Below, in pieces: positions 55,204 to 64,000 of a stretch of 64,000 nucleotides of DNA (position 1 is its first letter; each line of letters begins with the position of its first letter). The notes under the pieces were generated by a model, which had not been told where the DNA came from, did no database searches, and saw nothing but the letters and a program-made list of their open reading frames with translations. The DNA lies in the sequence record OQ067374.1, one strand, 5' to 3'. The position numbers and the translations under genes were made by a program. This DNA comes from Escherichia phage a20.

Positions 55204-56936
55204 TGGAAATGATTAGCAGTAGCCTTAATTGGTTCGTGGGTGTTGTCGAGGACAGAATGGACCCATTAAAACAAGGGCGAGTTCGAGTGCGAGTAGTTGG
55301 GCTTCATACCGCACAGAGAGTACAAGGCGATGTGCAGGGTATTCCTACAGAAAAACTTCCATGGATGACTGTTATTCAACCTATTACGTCTGCATCAATG
55401 TCAGGTATTGGTGGTTCTGTTACAGGTCCTGTTGAAGGAACTCGAGTATATGGTCATTTCTTAGACAAATGGAAAACAAACGGTATTGTACTTGGTACAT
55501 ATGGCGGAATCGTACGTGAAAAGCCTAATAGACTTGAAGGTTTTTCAGACCCGACGGGCCAGTATCCACGACGTTTAGGTAATGATACGAACGTATTAAA
55601 CCAAGGTGGTGAAGCTGGTTATTATTCGAACTCTAACGTAATTCAAGATAACAACTTAGATTATGGTATAAACCCAGACGATACAGATTTAGCAAATATT
55701 CCAGAAGATGACGACCCTAATTTTACAATAACAGAAATGTTACGTCGTGACGAAGGTCTTCGTGATAAAGTGTATTGGGACCATCTCGGGTATCCTACAG
55801 TAGGTATTGGACACCTTATCGTAATGGAAAAGACCCGAGATATGTCTCGAATTAATAAATTGTTATCTGATCAAGTAGGGCGTGAAGTAACAGGAAATCC
55901 GGGAACTATTACATTAGAAGAAGCAACAGCGTTATTTGAGAAGGACCTTGCTAAGATGCAGAAAGACATTCGTTCTAATTCTAAAGTAGGTCCTGTTTAT
56001 GCTAAAATGAACAGATCTCGCCAAATGGCATTAGAAAACATGTGCTTCCAAATGGGCGTTGGTGGTGTAGCAAAATTCAATACTATGCTTAAAGCAATGG
56101 CCGAAGGTGATTGGAAAACTGCATACAAATCCGGGCGCGATTCATTATGGTTCCAACAGACTAAAGGACGCGCTTCACGTGTAACAACAATTATTTTAAC
56201 CGGTAACATGGAATCATACGGTGTTCCTGTTAAAACACCGCCTTCACCAGGAGTTGGTGCCGATTTAGTTACTAGAAATACCGATTCAGAAGACCCGGCT
56301 GGTCCTCCTGTTCCATTAGATTCACGCATCCTTTTTAAAGAACCGGAATCAAGTTATCGTGGTGAGTATCCATATGTTCATGCTATGGAAACAGAAAGCG
56401 GTCATATCCAAGAATTTGACGATACTCCAGGTAATGAACGTTATCGTTTAGTTCATCCAACAGGGTCATATGAGGAAGTTTCTCCGTCTGGGCGTCGTAC
56501 TCGTAAAACTGTAGAAGACCTTTTTGACATCACTAATGGTGATGGGAACTTCTTGATTTCTGGCGATAAGCTTGTTAACGTTGGTGCTAATGAAATATAT
56601 TATAACATGGCAGACCGCCTCCATCAAATAGACGGCAATGACACAATCTTTATTCGTGGTAACCAATCTAAAACTGTTGAAGGCGATGGAACTCTTTACG
56701 TTAAGGGTAATATCAAAATAGTTGTTGACGGAAATGCAGATATTCTTGTTAAAGGTGATGCTAAAACTCAGGTCGAAGGGAATCATGATTACACCGTCAA
56801 CGGAAACGTTAAATGGACTGTTAATGGTAATGTTGATATGACTGTTGCCGGGGATTGGGCAGAAACAATGTCTACAATGAGCTCAGTAGCTTCAGGACAA
56901 TACACTGTTGACGGATCTCGTATTGATATTGGGTAA
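55203..56936 (+). CDS. 5: baseplate hub / tail lysozyme / cell-puncturing spike
   Basis: 577 aa; internal lysozyme domain (EGLRDKVYWDHLGYPTVGIGHL) and C-terminal beta-helix repeats. Confidence 0.95.
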   Translation: MEMISSSLNWFVGVVEDRMDPLKQGRVRVRVVGLHTAQRVQGDVQGIPTEKLPWMTVIQPITSASMSGIGGSVTGPVEGTRVYGHFLDKWKTNGIVLGTYGGIVREKPNRLEGFSDPTGQYPRRLGNDTNVLNQGGEAGYYSNSNVIQDNNLDYGINPDDTDLANIPEDDDPNFTITEMLRRDEGLRDKVYWDHLGYPTVGIGHLIVMEKTRDMSRINKLLSDQVGREVTGNPGTITLEEATALFEKDLAKMQKDIRSNSKVGPVYAKMNRSRQMALENMCFQMGVGGVAKFNTMLKAMAEGDWKTAYKSGRDSLWFQQTKGRASRVTTIILTGNMESYGVPVKTPPSPGVGADLVTRNTDSEDPAGPPVPLDSRILFKEPESSYRGEYPYVHAMETESGHIQEFDDTPGNERYRLVHPTGSYEEVSPSGRRTRKTVEDLFDITNGDGNFLISGDKLVNVGANEIYYNMADRLHQIDGNDTIFIRGNQSKTVEGDGTLYVKGNIKIVVDGNADILVKGDAKTQVEGNHDYTVNGNVKWTVNGNVDMTVAGDWAETMSTMSSVASGQYTVDGSRIDIG

Positions 56937-56939
56937 TAT

Positions 56940-57455
56940 ATGGCACAAATACTTCCTTTAAATACCGACTTAGGAGAAGACATGGAAGGGGCGTCTATTG
57001 ACGTCCTTTTTACTCCACAGTTAGAAACAACCGAAACTTTAGTGTCAATAAATATAACAGATTATGAACCGACACAAGGCATTACGGTAGATGGTAATCG
57101 TTTATATGGAACATATGAAAGTGTGTTTAGCTTTTCTTCGGACGCATTGAAATACCGATTAAATGACGATTTTGAAACCGCATCTTCATGGGATGATTTA
57201 CCAAAAGATGAGTCCACACAGTTATATTTGTGGAGAGCTCCTCAGAATCTTCGTAAAGTGTTTAGTTATACGGTTGAAATGATTTATAACTACCAAGAAG
57301 AAAGTTCATCAGGCGGTTCTAGAAGTGACTCTGGTACAGAACCTCCACCGGCTCCAGTACAAAAAACTCTTACTAAGGTTTATACAAAAACTATAGTAGG
57401 AAATTGGAGCAAATGGGCTCATCAATTACGAAACTATGTTTATGTGAGGCCGTGA
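56940..57455 (+). CDS. 5.1: baseplate-associated protein
   Basis: 171 aa between gene 5 and the PAAR protein; synteny. Confidence 0.6.
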   Translation: MAQILPLNTDLGEDMEGASIDVLFTPQLETTETLVSINITDYEPTQGITVDGNRLYGTYESVFSFSSDALKYRLNDDFETASSWDDLPKDESTQLYLWRAPQNLRKVFSYTVEMIYNYQEESSSGGSRSDSGTEPPPAPVQKTLTKVYTKTIVGNWSKWAHQLRNYVYVRP

Positions 57456-57457
57456 AA

Positions 57458-57751
57458 ATGTCTGGCTTAAGTTACGACAAGTGCGTTACAACAGGTCATG
57501 AAGCATGGCCTCCTACTGTAATAAATGCTTCCCAATCTAAAGTGTTCACCGGCGGTATTCCTGTTCTTGTAGCAGGAGACCAAATAACACCTCATACAGA
57601 AATTAAAAAACCATACGAGACTCATGGAGGTGTTACTGAACCTCGTACATCTAAAGTATACGTCACCGGTAAAAAGGCCGTTCAAATGGCTGACCCAATT
57701 TCATGCGGGGATACTGTTTCTCAGGCCTCGTCAAAAGTCTTTATCAAATAG
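57458..57751 (+). CDS. 5.4: PAAR-repeat spike tip protein
   Basis: Track ORF 57404..57751; start set at [10 protein letters not shown] (T4 gp5.4 N-terminus). Confidence 0.85.
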   Translation: MSGLSYDKCVTTGHEAWPPTVINASQSKVFTGGIPVLVAGDQITPHTEIKKPYETHGGVTEPRTSKVYVTGKKAVQMADPISCGDTVSQASSKVFIK

Positions 57752-57759
57752 GAATTAAA

Positions 57760-59733
57760 ATGGCAAACACTCCTGTAAATTATCAATTAACCCGAACAGC
57801 GAATGCTATTCCCGAGATTTTTATCGGGGGCACATTTGCCGAAATCAAACAGAACATTATCGAATGGCTTAATGGGCAGAATGAATTTCTTGATTATGAT
57901 TTTGAAGGTTCACGCTTAAACGTATTGTGCGACCTTTTAGCATATAACACTCTTTACATCCAACAGTTCAGTAATAGTGCAGTGTATGAAAGTTTTATGC
58001 GTACTGCAAACTTGCGTAGTTCTGTTGTACAAGCGGCTCAAGATAACGGATATCTGCCTTCATCTAAATCAGCAGCACAAACAGAAATTATGCTCACATG
58101 TACGGATGCATTAAATAGAAACTATATCACCATTCCACGTGGCACTCGTTTCTTAGCATACGCTAAAGATACTTCTGTTAACCCGTATAACTTTGTTTCT
58201 ACTGAAGATGTCATTGTAGTTAAAGACAAAAATAACCAATATTTTCCACGTCTTCGATTAGCTCAAGGACGTATTGTTCGCACTGAATTAACATTTGATA
58301 AATTAAAACCTATCATTATTCGTGATAAGAATATTGACCGTAATTTGGTTAAGTTGTATGTTGACGGAGCAGAATGGATTAACTGGACTCGTAAGTCGAT
58401 GGTTCACGCTGGTTCTACGTCAACAATCTATTATATGCGTGAAACAGTTGACGGGAACACCGAATTTTATTTTGGTGAAGGCGAAATCTCTATTAACACG
58501 TCAGAAGGTGCGTTAACGTCTAACTATATTGGTGGCCTTAAACCTGTTCAGGGTTCTAAAATCGTAATTGAGTATATTTCTACTAATGGCGCAGATGCTA
58601 ACGGTGCTGTAGGATTTTCTTATGCTGATACATTAGCTAATATCACTGTAATCGGTATTAACGAGAACCCTAGCAATAACCCAGACTTTGTTGGGGCCGA
58701 TGGTGGTGGTGACCCTGAAGATATTGAACGTATCCGCGAATTAGGCACAATTAAACGCGAAACTCAACAACGTTGTGTAACCGCTTCCGACTATGACACA
58801 TTCGTCTCTGAGCGGTTTGGTTCTATTATTCAAGCGGTTCAAACATTCACAGATTCATCTAAACCAGGGTACGCATATATTGCTGCTAAGCCTAAATCTG
58901 GATTGTATTTGACTTCTGTCCAACGCGATGATATCAAAAACTATTTGAATGATTATAACTTAGGGACTATTACACCTGTTGTTATTTCGCCTGATTATTT
59001 GTTTATCAAAATGAATATCAAAGTTACATACGCGTTGAATAAACTCCAAGAATCAGAACAATATCTTGAAGGGCAGATTATTAATAAAATAGACCGATAT
59101 TATATTGAAGATGTAGAAATTTTTAACTCATCGTTTGCAAAATCTAAAATGCTAACTTATGTCGATGATGCAGATATTTCTATTATTGGTTCTTCAGCTA
59201 CCATTCAAATGGTTCGCGAAGTACAAAACTTCTATAAAACGCCTGAGGCCGGTATTAAATACAATAATCAGATTAAAGATAGATCGATGGAATCTAATAT
59301 ATTCTCGTTTGATTCGCACAGACCTAATCCAGAAAATGCAAACGAAACTATTAAATACGGTGTTCGCATAGTATCTTCCGACCGTAATGACCGTGGCATA
59401 GGTCAAGTTATTATTGGTCCATTTGCAGACGGTGATGTTGTTGAAAACGAAAATATACAACCTTATACAGGTAATGATTTTAATAAACTTACTGTTACTG
59501 ACGGACGAAACAAATACTATTCAATTGGTGAAGTGAATTATCCTGCCGATTCGATTTATTGGAACATTGCTAAAATTGACCTCACTTCAGACCGTTTTGA
59601 AGTTCAAACAATTGAACTTTATTCCGACCCTGCAGATGATATTATTTTTACAAAGGATGGTTCTTTAATCGTATTCGAAAATGACTTACGTCCTCAGTAC
59701 TTAACTATAGATTTGGAGCCTATTTCACAATGA
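57760..59733 (+). CDS. 6: baseplate wedge protein
   Basis: Track ORF 57703..59733; start set at MANTPVNYQL (T4 gp6 N-terminus). Confidence 0.93.
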   Translation: MANTPVNYQLTRTANAIPEIFIGGTFAEIKQNIIEWLNGQNEFLDYDFEGSRLNVLCDLLAYNTLYIQQFSNSAVYESFMRTANLRSSVVQAAQDNGYLPSSKSAAQTEIMLTCTDALNRNYITIPRGTRFLAYAKDTSVNPYNFVSTEDVIVVKDKNNQYFPRLRLAQGRIVRTELTFDKLKPIIIRDKNIDRNLVKLYVDGAEWINWTRKSMVHAGSTSTIYYMRETVDGNTEFYFGEGEISINTSEGALTSNYIGGLKPVQGSKIVIEYISTNGADANGAVGFSYADTLANITVIGINENPSNNPDFVGADGGGDPEDIERIRELGTIKRETQQRCVTASDYDTFVSERFGSIIQAVQTFTDSSKPGYAYIAAKPKSGLYLTSVQRDDIKNYLNDYNLGTITPVVISPDYLFIKMNIKVTYALNKLQESEQYLEGQIINKIDRYYIEDVEIFNSSFAKSKMLTYVDDADISIIGSSATIQMVREVQNFYKTPEAGIKYNNQIKDRSMESNIFSFDSHRPNPENANETIKYGVRIVSSDRNDRGIGQVIIGPFADGDVVENENIQPYTGNDFNKLTVTDGRNKYYSIGEVNYPADSIYWNIAKIDLTSDRFEVQTIELYSDPADDIIFTKDGSLIVFENDLRPQYLTIDLEPISQ

Positions 59734-62700
59734 CAGTAAAAGCGCCAGCAGTCACAAGTCTCAGAATATCCAAGTTGTCCGCTAACCAAGTTCAAATACG
59801 CTGGGATGACGTTGGTGCTAATTTCTACTATTTCGTAGAAATCGCTGAGACTAAAACGGCAGACGGGGAGATAATTCCACCTGCCAGCTACAGATGGATA
59901 AATTTAGGATATACTCCTAATAGCAACTGGTTCGAAAGTAGCTTAGACCCATTAACTTCTTATATTATTCGTGTATCAACTGCCGCCGAAGGCTTCGAGA
60001 GATCTGATTGGGTATATACCGAAATATTTGAATCATTTCAGACTAACGCGTATACATTTCAACATATGATTGAAATGCAATTGGCTAACACTTTTATTAG
60101 AGAAAAATTTACAAATAACAACATGGCTTATGTCGATTTTAATAACGACACTATAATGGCAGCTCTAATGAATGAATCGTTCCAATTTAGCCCTGCTTAT
60201 GCAGATATTTCATCTATTAAAAATTTCATTATTGGCGAAAATGAGTATCATGAAATTCAAGGTTCGATTCAACAGGTGTGTCATGATATAAACCGTGTTT
60301 ATTTGATGGAATCCGAAGGAATTCTTTATTTGTTTGAACGGTATCAGCCTGTGGTTAAAGTCTCTAATGATAAGGGACAAACCTGGAAATCGGTTAAATT
60401 GTTTAATGACCGTGTAGGGTACCCTGTATCAAGAACAGTGTATTACCAGACAGATTACACCACGTATGTTCTTGGGTATGATAAATTATTTTACGGCCGT
60501 AAATCAACTGACGTTCGTTGGTCTGCTGATGATGTGAGATTTAGTTCTCAAGATATAACATTTGCTAAAGTTGGTGACCAGTTAAATTTAGGATTTGATG
60601 TAGAAATATTTGGTAACTATGCATCATTACCTGCTAACGTATCACGTATTGCAGAAGCTATCGTTTGCAATGACGATTATGTATACGTTGCTGCTCGAGA
60701 TAAAGTTCGTTTTATTAAAACTAGTAATGCCCCTATTGATTCAGACCCGTTATCTCCGACATATTCCGAACGTTTGTTTGAACAAGAAACATTTAACATC
60801 ACAGGTAACCCTAAGGCAGTTTGCTATAAAATGGATTCTGTCGGTGGTAAAATATTTGCACTGATTATCGGTGAAGTTGTTAATCTTAATGACGACCCGA
60901 GGACTACTCCTATTGTTGATTCTGCTGATAAGGGTGTTTACGTTCTAGACCATGATGCTGGCACATTTAAACGTGTGTTTGGTAATACTGAAGAAGAACG
61001 CCGTCGTATTGAACCTGGGTACACCAGTATGTCTACTGATGGTGTTGAGTTATCTATTTCATCTAGTAATTTTAAATTTTTAGAATCAGATATTGTTAAT
61101 GACCCAAAAACACAAATCAAGTACGGTTTAATCGGTGCTGTTAAATATGAGTATCCTCGCGAATGGTTGGCTGATAAACATTATCATATGATGGCATTTA
61201 TTTCAACTGAAGACTCTCAATGGGAATCGTTCACTCCTCAACCGATGGAATACTATGCCGAGCCATTCTTTAGTTATTCTAGAAAGTCTGGTACTCGATG
61301 TTGGATTAATAACTCAGACAAGGCCGTTGTAATTTATTCTGATTTACTTTACACTAAGGTTATTGAGAATCATCCACTTAGTTCTTCAGACCGTGAAGTT
61401 CATGAATATTGGAAGGACGGTGACTGTACAATAGTGATGCCTAACGTAGATTTCACCGGATTTAAAAAATATGCATCCGGCATGATTTTCTATAAATCAT
61501 CAGGTGAGATTATTTCTTATTATGATTTTAGTTATCGTGTTAGAGATAATGTTTCTATAATTTGGAAGCCTACTAATATATTCTTAACAGCATCGTTACA
61601 AAACCAAGAAAAAGATACCACATGGACTCCTGTAGAAGAGAATGGTATTGCAGACCCAGATTTACGACCATTGCTCACTACAATGATGCCAGAGTCTTAT
61701 CTTTTAGATAATACAAACTTCGAAGCATTCTGCGAGGCTTATATTCAGTATCTTTCTGACGGTTATGGGACCCATTATAACAACCTTTTGAATCTTATTA
61801 AAAATCAATATCCGCGCGAAGAACATGCGTGGGAATATTTATGGTCTGAGATTTATAAACGAAACATTTACTTAAACGCCGAAAAACGCGACTTAGTGTC
61901 TCGTTTCTTTGAATCAAGAAGTTATGACTTCTATTCAACTAAAGGAACTGAAGCATCATATAAATTCTTGTTTAAAGTGCTTTATAACGAAGATGTTGAA
62001 ATTGAAATTGAATCTAGTTCCGGGACCGAATATGATATCATCATTGAATCTGATTCGTTGACAGAAGATTTGGTCGGACAAACCATATACACCGCGACAG
62101 GACGTTGTAATGTGACGTATATCGAGAGAAGTTACTCTAAAGGTAAATTACAATGGACTGTAACAATTCACAACCTCTTAGGACGTTTAATCCAAGGACA
62201 GGAAGTTAAAGCTGAAAGACTCCCTGGTTTTGAAGGTGAAATTGTTCGTGGTATTAAAGGTAAAGAGCTTTCTCAGAACAACATCGATTACATAAATCGT
62301 GGTAGAGCATACTACGTAATGAAGATTAAATCTAAACTTCCATCATCTCGTTGGAAATCAGACGTATTACGTTTTGTTCATCCGGTTGGATTTGGATTTA
62401 TCGCAATTACCCTTCTCACAATGTTTATTAACACCGGATTAACACTTAAACATGTTGAAACCATTATTAATAAATACAAAAACTATAAGTGGGATTCTGG
62501 ATTACCGACTAAATATGCAGACCGAGTGGCTAAATTAGACCCACAAGGAAATGTTGAGTTTGACCCTATTACAGGTAAAGCGATATATGAAATAGGCCCT
62601 ATGGCTGGTCAAGATTATCCATTACCTGAAGATTATAACGCTGAAAACAATAACTCCATATTTCAAGGTCAACTTCCATCGGAACGACGTAAACTGATGA

Positions 62701-62828
62701 GCCCATTATTTGATGCGTCCGGAACAACATTCTCTAGATTTAGAGATTTGGTTGAACAACGGTTAATCGATAATGTAGGAAATCCAAGAGACCCCGTGAA
62801 TCCACCACAGGTTAAATTAGATGAATGA
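59730..62828 (+). CDS. 7: baseplate wedge protein
   Basis: 1032 aa; size and synteny match T4 gp7. Confidence 0.93.
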   Translation: MTVKAPAVTSLRISKLSANQVQIRWDDVGANFYYFVEIAETKTADGEIIPPASYRWINLGYTPNSNWFESSLDPLTSYIIRVSTAAEGFERSDWVYTEIFESFQTNAYTFQHMIEMQLANTFIREKFTNNNMAYVDFNNDTIMAALMNESFQFSPAYADISSIKNFIIGENEYHEIQGSIQQVCHDINRVYLMESEGILYLFERYQPVVKVSNDKGQTWKSVKLFNDRVGYPVSRTVYYQTDYTTYVLGYDKLFYGRKSTDVRWSADDVRFSSQDITFAKVGDQLNLGFDVEIFGNYASLPANVSRIAEAIVCNDDYVYVAARDKVRFIKTSNAPIDSDPLSPTYSERLFEQETFNITGNPKAVCYKMDSVGGKIFALIIGEVVNLNDDPRTTPIVDSADKGVYVLDHDAGTFKRVFGNTEEERRRIEPGYTSMSTDGVELSISSSNFKFLESDIVNDPKTQIKYGLIGAVKYEYPREWLADKHYHMMAFISTEDSQWESFTPQPMEYYAEPFFSYSRKSGTRCWINNSDKAVVIYSDLLYTKVIENHPLSSSDREVHEYWKDGDCTIVMPNVDFTGFKKYASGMIFYKSSGEIISYYDFSYRVRDNVSIIWKPTNIFLTASLQNQEKDTTWTPVEENGIADPDLRPLLTTMMPESYLLDNTNFEAFCEAYIQYLSDGYGTHYNNLLNLIKNQYPREEHAWEYLWSEIYKRNIYLNAEKRDLVSRFFESRSYDFYSTKGTEASYKFLFKVLYNEDVEIEIESSSGTEYDIIIESDSLTEDLVGQTIYTATGRCNVTYIERSYSKGKLQWTVTIHNLLGRLIQGQEVKAERLPGFEGEIVRGIKGKELSQNNIDYINRGRAYYVMKIKSKLPSSRWKSDVLRFVHPVGFGFIAITLLTMFINTGLTLKHVETIINKYKNYKWDSGLPTKYADRVAKLDPQGNVEFDPITGKAIYEIGPMAGQDYPLPEDYNAENNNSIFQGQLPSERRKLMSPLFDASGTTFSRFRDLVEQRLIDNVGNPRDPVNPPQVKLDE

Positions 62829-63825
62829 TTCAAGTGTTATCTATCGTGCAATAGTTACATCAAAATTTAGAACAGAGAAAATGCTGAATTTTTATAATTC
62901 AGTTGGGGATGGAGATGATAAGAACTCCATTTATATTACGTTTGGACGTTCAGAGCCTTGGGCGTCAAATGAAAATGAGGTGGGCTTCGCCCCACCTTAT
63001 CCTACAGATTCTGTTCTTGGTGTTACTGATATGTGGACCCATATGATGGGTACCGTTAAAGTTTTACCTTCAATGTTAGATTCTGTTATTCCTAGACGTG
63101 ATTGGGGAGATGTGCGATATCCAGACCCTTACACGTTTAGAATTAACGATATAGTCGCATGTAATACTGCTCCGTACAACGCGACAGAAGTTGGAGCCGG
63201 TTGGTTAATTTACCGTTGTTTAGATGTCCCTGACGTAGGGCTCTGTTCAATAGAATCTTTAGATAATAAAGATGAATGTCTTAAATTAGGTGGTAAATGG
63301 ACTCCGTCTGTTCGTTCTATGTCTCCTCCTGAAGGCAGAGGCGATGCTAATGGGGTTATCGAAACCGGTGATGGATATATTTGGGAATATCTTTATGAGA
63401 TTCCTGCCGATGTGTCAATTAACCGTTGCACTAACGAATATCTTGTAGTTCCATGGCCCGAAGAAATTAAAGAAGACCCCACCCGTTGGGGATATGAAAA
63501 TAACTTAACTTGGCAACAAGATGACTACGGTTTGATTTACCGTGTTAAAGCTAATACGATGCGGTTTAAAGCATATTTTGATTCTGTTTATTTCCCTGAG
63601 GCAGCTTTGCCTGGTAACAAGGGTTTTAGACAGATATCAATTATCGCAAACCCGTTAGAAGCTAAGAAAAATCCAAATGACCCTAATGTTAAAGCAGAAA
63701 AGGATTATTACGACCCTAGAGACCTGCAACGTCATTCCGGTGAAATGATTTATATGGAAAACCGACCACCTGTTATTATGGCAATGGACCAAACAGAAGA
63801 AATTAACATTTTGTTTATGTTTTAA
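62821..63825 (+). CDS. 8: baseplate wedge protein
   Basis: 334 aa; size and synteny match T4 gp8. Confidence 0.93.
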   Translation: MNDSSVIYRAIVTSKFRTEKMLNFYNSVGDGDDKNSIYITFGRSEPWASNENEVGFAPPYPTDSVLGVTDMWTHMMGTVKVLPSMLDSVIPRRDWGDVRYPDPYTFRINDIVACNTAPYNATEVGAGWLIYRCLDVPDVGLCSIESLDNKDECLKLGGKWTPSVRSMSPPEGRGDANGVIETGDGYIWEYLYEIPADVSINRCTNEYLVVPWPEEIKEDPTRWGYENNLTWQQDDYGLIYRVKANTMRFKAYFDSVYFPEAALPGNKGFRQISIIANPLEAKKNPNDPNVKAEKDYYDPRDLQRHSGEMIYMENRPPVIMAMDQTEEINILFMF

Positions 63826-63827
63826 TT

Positions 63828-63852
63828 AGGGAGCCTTCGGGCTCCCATTTTT
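63828..63852 (+). terminator. rho-independent terminator after gene 8
   Basis: GGGAGCC-TTCG-GGCTCCC followed by ATTTTTG, starting 3 bp after the gene 8 stop. Confidence 0.6.
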
Positions 63853-63857
63853 GTATC

Positions 63858-63865
63858 TATAAATA
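63858..63865 (+). promoter_or_regulatory. T4-type late promoter (TATAAATA) for gene 9
   Basis: Exact TATAAATA about 33 bp upstream of the gene 9 ATG at 63898. Confidence 0.55.
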
Positions 63866-63897
63866 GAATATAATATCGGACAACAAAAGGCAGAATT

Positions 63898-64000
63898 ATG
63901 GCATTTTTTAAGCAAACTCCTAAACAATTAATTGATACCGGCGAAATTGGTAATGCCTCAACAGGTGATATCTTATTCGACGGTGGTAATAAAATAAATG
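63898..64000 (+). CDS. 9: baseplate wedge / tail fiber socket protein, 5' part only
   Basis: MAFFKQTPKQLIDTGEIGNASTGDILFDGGNKIN matches the T4 gp9 N-terminus; runs off the window end. Confidence 0.85.
   Translation, partial: MAFFKQTPKQLIDTGEIGNASTGDILFDGGNKIN

Noticed and set aside
55229-56983. Short ORFs on both strands inside gene 5 (55229-55435, 55997-56329, 56466-56786, 56789-56983)
   Set aside because: Embedded in the gene 5 coding sequence; repeat-driven shadow ORFs.
58322-61120. Short ORFs inside genes 6 and 7 (58322-58516, 59159-59371, 59194-59460, 60610-60864, 60938-61120)
   Set aside because: Internal to large, well-supported baseplate genes.

Overview
This window is a T-even (T4-like) Escherichia phage genome segment; the DNA polymerase reads, from memory, as essentially RB69 gp43, which I cannot verify without a database. 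The minus strand carries a syntenic T4-type backbone: uvsX (truncated at the window start), 43, regA, 62, 44, 45, rpbA, 46, 47, 55, nrdH/G/D, 49, nrdC, tk, regB, denV, e, nudE, two tRNAs, 57B, 57A, 1, 3, 2 and 4. The plus strand from 54628 carries baseplate genes 53, 5, 5.1, 5.4, 6, 7, 8 and the start of 9. The most interesting region is 1046-8296, between uvsX and gene 43. Where T4 has beta-glucosyltransferase and imm, this phage has a KdsD-type SIS isomerase, a HAD phosphatase, a fused sugar-1-phosphate nucleotidyltransferase/APH-like kinase, a divergent gp42-like hydroxymethylase, a P-loop kinase and two unassigned proteins, interrupted by a GIY-YIG homing endonuclease. I predict this is a nucleotide-pentose (arabinose-type) donor pathway feeding a DNA hypermodification; no alpha- or beta-glucosyltransferase is recognisable in the window. 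Other accessory content includes six internal-protein-like genes with a capsid-targeting N-terminus, a 57B/Acb1-like 2H phosphoesterase, a macro-domain protein, a Pol-beta-type nucleotidyltransferase next to an AAA ATPase, and two HNH endonuclease paralogs. Non-coding structure includes a family of early-promoter/hairpin cassettes (PeSL-like), a perfect 127-bp tandem duplication of one such cassette, hairpins that sequester Shine-Dalgarno sequences, a reused terminator hairpin, and divergent late promoters. All functional calls are from motif reading and synteny only; no searches were run. Coordinates of promoters and hairpins are read by eye and may be off by 1-2 bp.
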